From NCBI GenBank assembly GCA_951406725.2, contig OX597834.1, forward strand, positions 33,728,001-33,792,000: a DNA stretch of 64,000 nucleotides, in the 5' to 3' direction. A program made the translations under genes and the position numbers. Under the pieces are notes generated by a model. It was not told the DNA's origin and made no database searches. It saw only the letters and a list, made by a program, of their open reading frames with translations. Of the stretch, positions 53,587-64,000 are shown piece by piece. The stretch comes from Octopus vulgaris. Taxonomy: Eukaryota. Positions within the stretch are counted from its first letter, which is position 1, and the number at the start of each line of letters is the position of its first letter.

Positions 53587-53755
53587 GTATGCTGGATTGT
53601 TGGCATGGCTCTTTTTGTATGTGTTGAATAGTGTTATAACACATCCTTTTGACATATATATATATATATATATATCTGTAAATGTAATTATTTACATAAT
53701 ATCAAGGTTTCTTTCTTTCTTTTGTTGTCTTACCATTTTTATCAATCTCCCCCCC

Positions 53756-53786
<31 letters not shown>

Positions 53787-54069
53787 CATGTATGAATGTA
53801 TGAACGTATATATCTATGTCTGTGTTTGACTCCCACCATCGCTTGACAACCTGCGCCCTTCAGCAAAAGCGAGCGATAGAATAAATACTGTGCTTAAAAA
53901 GTAAGTTCTGAAGTCGATTTATTCGACTAAAATTATTCAAGGCGGTGCCTCAGCATGGCCGTAGTCAAATGACTGAAACAAGTATAAAAAAGAAAGGATG
54001 AAAAGGAAGATACACTTTCACGGGTGATGGCTCAGTTTCTCATTTATTTTTAGATTTAACCCGTTAGAG

Positions 54070-54890
54070 AGGAAGCTAAATCTGGCTTTCAACAAAGGAA
54101 ATTTGTTTTAAGGCACGACTGGAAATTTGAAAACGCGATCGAAGCGGAAAGACAGAAAAGAAAGGAATTTTACATAGATTTACTGGAGTGACCTGCCATC
54201 ATTCAAATTAGAGTTGCGTTTGAAGTGGATTGAACTGTTAGGAATGTTCACAATAAACGTTCCGGAAGACGGCAGACATCGCTGAGCCCCACAAAGGAAG
54301 AAAAGGTCCTAAAAAAAGGATTGCCAGAATTGAGGAAGAATTGCGCTGCAAATGAGTCGTAGGAAAGGAATTTGAAAATCAAGCGCTCATCGCATTTTGA
54401 AACAATTCCATCGGAAAAGTTAAATTCCAAGAATAGTCCATACTTACAATGAAGATGATCCGGACCACCGAAGTGTGGAACTTTGCGAACGGTACTTGGA
54501 AAGATGTGTAGAGGATGGATACTTTACAAACAAAGGCTGTTTGGACTAATGAGGCCTCGTTTAAATTAACTGGCTTGATTAACCGCCACAATTCTACCAA
54601 CGAGGGATCTGAGAATTTGCATATTACGGAGGGACATCATGTTAATTTACAAGGGGTTACACTACGATGCAGTTTATCATCAAAAGAATTTAATGGGACC
54701 TTTTTGTTTTGATGGTACTGTGACTGGTCCAATTTATATGAATTTGCCGCGACGATCTGTCATATGGAGCATTCGAGAGGGCTTTGAAGATGGGAAATTT
54801 TATTTGAAGCAAGATGGAGCTCCCCCGATATGACCATAATAATGTTAAGGGCCTACTTTGATGATTCTTGGCCACGCGGGCTGGCTGTTC
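54070..54890 (+). pseudogene. Tc1/mariner superfamily transposase remnant (rosa/DD41D-like)
   Basis: [47 protein letters not shown]. Confidence 0.8.
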
Positions 54891-55264
54891 GCAACATCCC
54901 TATCATCATCATTATCCTCCTCATCATCATCATCCTCAACACCACCACCACCACCTCCAACTCCACCACCACCACCACCACCACCACCACCACCACCACC
55001 ACCACCACAACAACAACATCAACAGTGTAAACCTCACCACCGTCAACAACACCCCCCAACCAGGTCGAGGAATCATTCTTTACCATTTTCTCCTTCGACC
55101 CTCCCCTCCCTGTTTGGACTACAAATTCACTGGACACCCACCCTCTCCGCTTCAACTACTCCCACTGGTCCCTCTCCTCCCCCCCCTCTCTCTCTCTCCA
55201 CCCTGAAGTTAAATGCCCTCAGTGAGAACGATTTTGTGTTTTGTTAGGCTGATGAGATTCGGAC

Positions 55265-55305
<41 letters not shown>

Positions 55306-55308
55306 TGT

Positions 55309-55340
<32 letters not shown>

Positions 55341-55631
55341 AAGAGTGTGTGCATGTGTATTGTGTGTGTGTGCGTGTATTCATTTAAGGTGTCTCTGCAT
55401 TTATCTCTGTGTGTGAGTCTCTCTCTCTACCTCTCTTCCCCCTCTCTCTCCTTATGTTTATGTTTTGTTTTCCAGTTTCAGCTCTTGAGCTGTGGCCATG
55501 CTGGGGCACCATATATATATATATATATATATATATAACGGGAAGCTTTATGAAAATAGACAAAAGACGAAGGCAGGTGGAATATACACATACATATATC
55601 TAAGAATGTATGTATGCATATATACACCTAA

Positions 55632-55675
<44 letters not shown>

Positions 55676-55884
55676 GTATATATATATATAAATAAGGATA
55701 AGATCGATATTTAAAATACCGATCTTATCAGGTGGACAGCATGGGAATAAAAACCTTCCAAAGGTAATAATTATTTAAAATTATAATTTAGGGTCTCTAA
55801 GAGATACCACCAAGGTGGAAATAAATACACATAGATAGATATGTGTGTACATATATACACACATATTTATATGTGTGTCTGTGC

Positions 55885-56230
55885 ATGTAAATGTATAGCA
55901 TGTATCAGTGTGTGTGTATGTGTGTGTGTGTGTGTGTGTGTAAATGTATAGCATGTATCAGTGTGTGTATGTGTGTGTGTGTGTGTAAATGTATAGCATG
56001 TATCAGTGTGTGTATGTGTGTGTGTGTGTGTAAATGTATAGCATGTATCAGTGTGTGTGTGTGTGTGTATGTGTGTGTAAATGTATACATACATGTATGT
56101 GCGTGCATTACACACACACACACACACACACTGATACATGCTATACATTTACACACACACACATACATACACACACTGATACATGCTATACATACATGTA
56201 TGTGCGTGCATCACACACACACACACACAC
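55885..56230. repeat. Minisatellite TAAATGTATAGCATGTATCAG(TG)n x4 followed by two inverted copies
   Basis: CTGATACATGCTATACA at about 56131 and 56176. Confidence 0.85.
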
Positions 56231-57164
56231 GCACAAACGCATGTTTTTGATATACATCTATGTGTGTATGTATGCATGTAAACACACGCACACACATACA
56301 CATTCACGCACACACACGTACACACGCGCACACACATAAACACACACACACACATAAACACCCAGCGATTCCAAAGCGATATTTGTAAGTGATATATACA
56401 ACTTACCAGGCCACTTACTAAACAACTACCCATCCCCACACCCCGTGTTTCCCCCCGGACTATGGGGTCCTGTAGACGTGACGGTGGGGGACACAGATGT
56501 GTTTATTTATTCTATTATCTTGTATTTGTTGACATATCCTTACATTTCGACGGGGCCAGGCTTTTTCTGTTCCATTCAATCTTTCCTCTCATTTTTTTAT
56601 TCTTACATTCTTTATGCTTTCATTTTGTTATTTTTTTCATTTTTAATTCTTTTATTCTGTTATTCCTTATTCCCTTATTCTTTAATTCTGTTATTCTTTC
56701 GTTCTTTCATTCTTTTATTCTTTTGACTTTATTCTGTCATTCTTTAGTCATTTATTCTTTCTTTCTGTTATTCATTCATTCATTCTTTTATTCTGAAGTT
56801 CTTTATTCTTACTTTCTTTATCCTTCCATTCTGTCATTCATTCATTCTTTATTCTTTTATTCTTGCATCTTTAATTCTTTAATTCTTTATTCTCTTATTC
56901 TTTTGTTCCGTTATTCATTCATTTTTAATTCTATTCTCTTGTTCTTTTTTCTTTCATTCTTATTTTTCCATTCTGTCATTTTTTTCAATCATTATTCTTT
57001 CATTCCCTTGTTCTTTCCTCGCTCATTCTGTCATTCTTTCGTTCTGTCCTACTTTGTCGAACTAAGTCTACGTAACATTCAATTATAATTTGTTCGTCAT
57101 AGTTTCGTTAATATTCCAGAATGAAATTTTTAATTGATCATGTCGTTAATATTGTTCTTGTATA

Positions 57165-58325
57165 AGGCGGCGAGTTGGCAGAACCATTAGCACGCCGGGC
57201 GAAATGGTTAGCGATTTTGCGTCTGTCTTTATGTTCTGAGTTCAAATTCCGCTGAGGTCGACTTTGCTTTTCATCCTTTCGGGGTCGATAAATTAAGTAC
57301 CAGTTGCGTACTGGGGTCGATCTAATCAACTGGCCCCCTCCCACAAAATTTCGGGCGTGGTGCCTAGAGTAGAAAAGAATATTCCTCTCGTATAATCCCA
57401 AGACGGGGCCCGGAGCAGGCAACAAGAGCTCTCATAATCACTGGAAATGTTGGTCCTCTTTACGATCGAAGATCCTCCTTGCTGAAAACACGTCCTTAAA
57501 CTGCATCCTAGCAAAACACTGACCTTTCCATTCAGGACCAGTCAAAGCTCTACTTTCTTTCATTTTGTACTTGTTTCAGTCATTGGACCTCGGCCATGCT
57601 GGGTCTTGCTAGACTTCATGAAGGAAAAGGCCACCAGAAGGCTTTCAGATCAAAGACCTTGTTAGCATAAAGTCACTCACAGATTTACTAGAAGACTGTA
57701 AACATTAAGGCGGCGAGCTGCCAGAAACGTTAGCACGTCGGGCGAAATGCTTAGCGGTATTTCGTCTGCCGTTACGTTCTGAGTTCAAATTCCGCCGAAG
57801 TCGACTTTGCTTTTCATCTTTTCGGGGGTCGATTAAATAAGTACCAGCTACGCACTGGGGTCGATATAATCGACTTAATCCGTTTGTCTGTCCTTGTTTG
57901 TCCTCTCTGTGTTTAGCCCCTTGTGGGTAGTAAAGAAATAGGTATTTCATCTGCAGTTACGTTCTGAGTTCAAATTTCGCCGAGATCGACTTTGCCTTTC
58001 ATCCTTTCGGGGTCGATTAAATAAGTACCAGTTACGCACTGGGGTCGATATAATCGACTTAATACGTTTGTCTGTCCTTGTTTGTTCTCTCTGTGTTTAG
58101 CCCCTTGTGGGTAGTAAAGAAATAAGAAACGTTAGTACGCCGAGTGAAATGCTTAACGGTATTTCGTCTGTCTTTACGTTCTAAGTTCAAATTCCGCCGT
58201 GGTCGGCTTTGCTTTTCATCCTTCCGGGGTCGATAAATTAAGTACCAGTTGCGTACGGAGGTCAGTCTAATCGACTGGCTCCCTCCCTCAAAAATTTCGG
58301 GCCTTGGGCCTAGAGCAGAAAAGAA
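57165..58325 (+). mobile_element. SINE family A: single copy (57165-57380) and head-to-tail trimer (57708-58325)
   Basis: B boxes GTTCAAATT near 57240, 57783, 57968 and 58185. Confidence 0.9.
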
Positions 58326-59204
58326 GACTGTAAAGATTCTGGTTAGCGGATAGTACACTTTCCAGTAGAAGTCATGTGTAGAGGTGAGCGGTAAAGCCGT
58401 GGAGATGAAGGCCACAAAACGTTGCGCATTCTCTCCAAATGACACCAAAAGCCAACGGGTATTCGGTATGTGGAGCTTTCGATTGGTGGCACTTGCCCAA
58501 GCAAGTTGTTACAAAAGTCTGGTATTAAATATTTTGAAATACCTTGTCGTTGTTGTTGTTGTTGTTGTCGTTTTAACCTGGGTCAGATCCTGGTCTTTGG
58601 AAATACGAGTGAAATATCGTGTTCCTAGAAGACTACCAAAGATGCTGGTTGAAGATGGTTGTGGAGATTTTATTGGAATCATGCATACATGTGTGTATGT
58701 ATATTGTGTGTGTGTGTGAGTGCGTATGTGTGTGTGTGTGCGTATGTGTGTATGTGTGTGTGCATGTGTGTGTGAATGTACTTATCTTTCCACTTTCTCT
58801 TCCTCTTCGCACACGCTTGTGCATAACATACACAACCACACACACACACACACACACACAGAACATAAATACATACATGTATCACTTACATACATACACA
58901 TTCTTCCAGGCGCACACATTCACACACAGACTTAGATACATTCACACACACACACACACACCTAAACATACGCTAAACCACCTTCGATGTTTAAAAGTTA
59001 TAAACTAAAACAATAAATTCCCTATCCTCTTACCCCTCCCCATCACTCCTACCCCCAGCCTTCATCTCCTCTCCTCTGCCCCTCCCCCGCCACCTCTTTT
59101 CACTACCATAAAACTAAACCGTACAAGTGATGAAAGCGACGATAACCTTGTTTCACGGCCCTTCAACATGGCTCCGTGTGTGTCCCCTGCTGTCCCCAAA
59201 ATAC

Positions 59205-59425
59205 TACAACCACCACCATCACCACCATCACCACCACCACCATCACCACCACCACCATCACCACCATCACCACCACCACCACCATCACCACCACCACCAC
59301 CACCACCACCACCACCACCACCACCACCACCACCATCACCATCATCACCACCACCACCACCACCACCACCACCATCACCACCACCACCATCACCATCACC
59401 ATCACCACCATCACGATCACCACAG
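59205..59425. repeat. (CCA/TCA)n triplet repeat
   Basis: Seen directly. Confidence 0.95.
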
Positions 59426-59574
59426 CAATGGCTCTTCTTCCCTACCCCCACCCCACGCCGCATCTTCTCTTGGGTTCGCCCCCTGCCCCCACCCTCACCT
59501 TTTCTCCTCTGCTCCCTGTCTGATTTCTCCCTTGATAACCAACTTGTTTAATTTCGTAAAAATAATCCCCTTTT

Positions 59575-59956
59575 CAGATGGACACAAAGGCCTGAAACGT
59601 TGAGGGGAGGGGCAGTGGTCGATGAGTTCGATCCCAACCCTCAGCTTGGACTTCTTGTTTCATCAACGCCGAAACAATACAAGGCAAAGCGGAATTCGAG
59701 CCCAGAACGTCAAGACGGACGAAATACCGCCGTACATTTCGTTCGGAATGCTCACCGTCTTCATGAATGATAGTAATTCTTTTACTTGTTTCAGTCATTT
59801 GACCGCGGCCATGCTGGAGCACCGCCTTTAGTCGAACAAATCGACCCCAAGACTACTTATTTGTAAGCCTAGTACTTATTCTATCGGACTCTTTTGCCGA
59901 ACTGCTAAGTTGCGGGGACGTAAACAGACCATTACATGCATACATACACACACACA

Positions 59957-59998
<42 letters not shown>

Positions 59999-60690
59999 AC
60001 GGAATTCTTTCAGTTTCCATCAACCAAATCCACTCACAAGGCTTTTGGTCGACCCAAGTCTATAGTAGAAGACACTTACCCAAGGTACTACGTAGTGGGA
60101 CTGAACCCTCAACTCCAGTGCTCAACCGTTTCCTATTTTATGAACCCCGAAAAGTTGAAAGGCAAAACCAACCTCTGTGGAATTTGAAGTCAGAATGTAA
60201 AGAGCCGGAAAGAATGCCGCTAAGCATTTTGTCCGGCGAGCTAACGATTCATTTTAAAGACAAGTTTCAATTTGTGTTGGGGTTTACATGGAATCGAGCG
60301 AGGGTTTCAAATAATGGTTTCAAATTTTTGATGCTAGACCAGCAATTTCAGGAGGTGGGGGTTAGTCTACATCGCCCCTAGGGTTTAACTTTTTTTATAT
60401 TTTATCGACCCTGAGAGGATGAAAGCTAAAATTGACCTCAACAGAATTTGAACTTGGAACGTAATGTCCAAAAGAAATGTCACAAACATTTTGTCCGGCC
60501 TGCAAACGATTCTGTCGGGACGCTGCTTTATGGTTTCAAATTTTGGCACAAAGCCAGCGATTCTGGGAAAGGGCGAAGTCGGTTATAATGAGCCCAGTGC
60601 TCAGCTGGTACTTATTCTATCCACCCCCAAAAGGGTGAAAAGCAAAGTTGATCTTAGCAAGATTTGAACTCGGAAATTATTAAATTGGCG
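59575..60690 (-). mobile_element. Cluster of decayed SINE A copies around a SINE B copy (59775-60110)
   Basis: Repeated ATTTGAAC motifs; CAGTCATTTGACCGCGGCCATGCTGG. Confidence 0.8.
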
Positions 60691-60898
60691 GAAATATCAG
60701 GAAGTATTTTATTTAATCAGCAGAAACTCCATAATAAATTGTCATAGTATCATATTACTCGAAGAAGTAGAAAGTTTTGGGGCGCTGGGAAACCTCTCTG
60801 ATAACTTTTGAGGTACACCGACACGTGTGCAGCGCTGCCGCAGGTGATGGCGAGGCTGATGCTCTGGAACAATATTGTTAGGCATTTTGTTCGACGCG

Positions 60899-61150
60899 CT
60901 TACAATTCTATTTCTTTACTACCCACAAGGGGCTAAACACAGAGGGGACAAACAAGGACAGACAAACGGATTAAGTCGATTATATCGACCCCAGTGCGTA
61001 ACTGGTACTTAATTTATCGACCCCGAAAATGTGAAAGGCAAAGTCGACCTGGGCGGAATTTGAACTCAGAACGTAACGGCAGATGAAATACGGCTACGCA
61101 TTGCGCCCGGCGTGCTAACGTTTCTGCCAGCTCGCCGCCTTACAATTCTG
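60899..61150 (-). mobile_element. Young SINE A with 11-bp TSD (CTTACAATTCT) inserted in an older SINE A head
   Basis: TSD at 60899-60909 and 61139-61149. Confidence 0.85.
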
Positions 61151-61189
61151 TCAACTTGCTGCCCTTATGAAGGAAAATAATGATGGATG

Positions 61190-61380
61190 AAAAGAAGTAG
61201 ATATAGCATGCAAAATATGTGAATAAATAGATGTTGCATGTCCTAGGAGAGAAGAATATTCTAATTAGGGCAATTCAAGAAACCCTAAAAATCCAAGACC
61301 ACGCTGACTACAAAAGGCACGAACCCTCGCCCAACTGTTATTCTCCAGTCTATAGGAGTAGGTTTAGAACAGATCGATTC
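61190..61380 (+). pseudogene. Highly decayed RLE fragment
   Basis: IDVACP..KNILIRAIQETLKIQD. Confidence 0.45.
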
Positions 61381-61611
61381 ACGCAAACCAGTTTTTAACA
61401 AATCCGCTGAAAGAGAACACTTCCTCCTCCTTCTTTACTTTCGCTTCCAGTAGAACTGTAAAAAAAGGTCGATGAGAGTTTGAAAACAATATCTTTATCT
61501 CATTACCTTCAGTCTCGTCCGTCATAAAGCCTCTTTTGTCATCGCCCCCAGACATAGGAACGCACCTACATAGACTCGTCAGGCCTTTGCCTGTCATGTG
61601 TACCATATCTG

Positions 61612-61842
61612 TTTCTTTACTACCCACAAGAGGCTAAACACAGAGAGGACAAACAAGGAAAGATAAACGGATTAAGTCGATTACATCGACCCCAGTGCGT
61701 AACTGGTACTTATCTAATCGACCCCGAAACGATGAAAGGCAAAGTCGACCTCTGCGGAATTTGAACTCAGAACGTAGCGGCAGACGAAATACGGCTACGC
61801 ATTTCGCCCGGCGTGCTAACGGTTCTGCCAGCTCGCCACCTT
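61612..61842 (-). mobile_element. Young SINE A with 16-bp TSD
   Basis: ATGTGTACCATATCTG at 61596-61611 and 61847-61862. Confidence 0.9.
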
Positions 61843-61906
61843 CAATATGTGTACCATATCTGACACCCAGGAAGTATTTACCTGGTGTCCGTGCATCACA
61901 TACGAT

Positions 61907-62135
61907 CGGCGAGCTGGCAGAAACGTTAGCATGCCGGGCGAAATGCGTAGCCGTATTTCGTCGGTCTTTACATTCTAAGTTCAAATTCCGCCGAGGTCGA
62001 CTTTGACTTTCATCCTTTCGGGGTCGATAAATTAAGTACCAGTTACGCACTGGGGTCGATGTAATCGACTTAATCCGTTTGTCTGTCCTTGTTTGTCTCC
62101 TCTGTGTTTAGCCCCTTGTGGGTAGTAAAGAAATA
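61907..62135 (+). mobile_element. Young SINE A, head-to-head with 61612-61842
   Basis: GGCGAGCTGGCAGAAACGTTAG..AAAGAAATA. Confidence 0.9.
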
Positions 62136-63079
62136 GATACATATTCCCAATTTTTTCAGCCATCAGAGTGGTCCCATAACTTGGGACTTATAAAAGCAAA
62201 TCTTTTGAGTACTCAGAACGTATGAAACAATGGCGATCTAAACGACTGAAAATTAGCATGGACATTTATGACAAACTTTGGACAGACAAAAGGTTAAAAG
62301 AAGTCGATGAAGGCTTGACCGAAGTGGGTGTCTTACCTCATTACTGTCAGCACCGTTTGCCATAAAGTCTTTTTAGCCATTGCCCCACCAGACCAGGAAA
62401 AGCTGCCAAGCCAGCCTTGTTAATGCTGCGATCGCTATAATTGGATTATTCACCCCACCACACTCGAAGTTTCAGGCCCTGTGCCTATGTTATAGAGAAT
62501 TATTTTGCTCAGATATTCTGCAAGAGTCATTTTTGTTCACAAAACACCATTTAAACACGAGTACGTTTTATGTATCTGAGTTAAGATTAAAATGTATTTT
62601 GTTGATAAATGTCGTTCAATTACGGTAGAGGTTGAATATATTCTGAAGTCCACCATTTCGTCAATCGCAGCAGCTTCCAAGCTTCACCACTAATTCAGTT
62701 CTCAACTAAATTGTAAACTGTTAATGGTTTTAAAGAAGACACCTCCTCAGCTACACATTGCCATAAATAGTTTGAAATTTGGTTCAGTAGAAAAAAGTTA
62801 CATCAAAATATCTGCATCCTCAAGTGGAGGGGGGAGCAGTAAGGAAGATATTCATCTTCAATTAAAATAAATTAAAAAATTTTTAATTAAAAGTATATTT
62901 TTCTTAGGCTTACATTATAGAAAAATGCATGAGGAATTCAGAACCGCTAGTCACATTGAAGAAAAACAGTTGTGAGGTAAGATGATACGAAATTTAATGT
63001 CAGTAAATAAGGAAGTAGGAAGTAACGCGCAAGCAATAAGAATAAAGAATATATTTCTAAAATGAATGTTTCCATCCTA

Positions 63080-63775
63080 AGGCAGCGAGCTGGCAGAAAC
63101 GTTAGCACGCCGGGTGAAATGCGTAGCCGTTACGTTCTGAGTTCAAATTCCGCCGAGGTTGAATTTGCCTTTCATCCTTTCGGGGTCGATAAATTAAGTA
63201 CCAGTTACACACTGGGGTCGATACAATCGACTTAACCCGTTTGTCTGTCCTTGTTTGTTTCCTCTGTGCTTAGCCGTTACGTTCTGAGTTCAAATTCCGC
63301 CGAGGTCGACTTTGCCTTTCATCCTTTTGGGGTCGATTAAATTAGTACCAGTTACAATCGACTTAATCTGTTTGTCTGTCCCTCTCTGTGTTTAGCCCCT
63401 TGTGGGTAGTAAAGAAATAGGTATTTCGTCTATCTCTATGTTTTGAGTTCAAATTTCGCCGACTTTGACATACAGATTATTTGATTAATTTTATATTTAA
63501 CTAAACCCTTTCAAACTTCCGATACTGGTAGAATGTGTCACATAGAACAGGGTTTACTCTTAACGTTTTTGACAAAATTTTGTGTTTTAGAAGCGGGATT
63601 CCGTCTGTCTTTATGTTCTGAGTTCAAATTCCGCCGAGGTCGACTTTGCTTTTCATTTATTTCGGATCTTGTCAATTAGACGCACAGATTATTTAATTAA
63701 TTTTTTTGTTAACTAAACACTTTAAAACTTCCGACACTGATAGAATGTATCACTAAGAACAGGGTTTACTCTTAA
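63080..63775 (+). mobile_element. SINE A multimer followed by a duplicated SINE-A/MITE-arm chimera
   Basis: 63435-63565 repeated at 63612-63775; includes ACTAAACACTTTAAAACTTCCGACACTGATAGAATGT related to the 10702-11040 TIR. Confidence 0.75.
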
Positions 63776-64000
63776 AATATTGCAGCTAAAATTAAAATGT
63801 GAACATTAAAACTTATTTTATTAGAGTTTACAAATAACACTATACTTATTTAAGTAGAATTTGGCTAATTTTCTACCTTAAATACAGAAAAAGTGACTAA
63901 TTAGGCAAACTTACAAATTAGCTGAACAGTTCTGTACAATAAATTTGAAAGACGAGAACTGTAAAGATTGATAAATTAGAAGAACTGGCATTCTTTGCTG

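Noticed and set aside
55697-55735. CTGATAA plus 16-bp hairpin on the minus strand as a hammerhead
   Set aside because: Hairpin is real but no GAAA/UH segments or stems I/III could be assigned
62140-63060. About 900 bp of complex sequence as a host exon or transposase (ORF 62380..62628)
   Set aside because: No recognisable motif by eye; needs a translated search

Overview
Eukaryotic, repeat-saturated, apparently non-genic (intronic or intergenic) DNA. The three tRNA-derived SINE families and the extreme (TA)n/(CA)n/(TACA)n/(TATC)n/(TAA)n/(CCA)n content look like octopus (inference from pattern recognition). No intact protein-coding gene is supported, and nearly all long ORFs in the track are microsatellite translations. 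Recognisable coding remnants are all decayed transposons: Dong/R4-like RLE non-LTR pieces next to (TAA)n, Penelope GIY-YIG pieces, RTE and CR1/Jockey-like RT pieces, and mariner/maT/rosa-like transposases. There are also two non-autonomous Helitrons, one Helentron-type HINE and several MITEs. The main hidden signal is RNA structure: about 12 hammerhead-ribozyme-like motifs sit in short, microsatellite-anchored, Penelope-like terminal elements. Two of them (44455-44516 minus, 53529-53586 plus) have a non-circularly permuted, pseudoknotted strand order with different, compensating stem sequences. An inverted pair with long stem II (31086-31168 minus, 31701-31785 plus) has a heat-shock element, CRE and TATA motif upstream of the right copy. 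All structures were assigned by eye and none is experimentally shown. Repeat boundaries are approximate.
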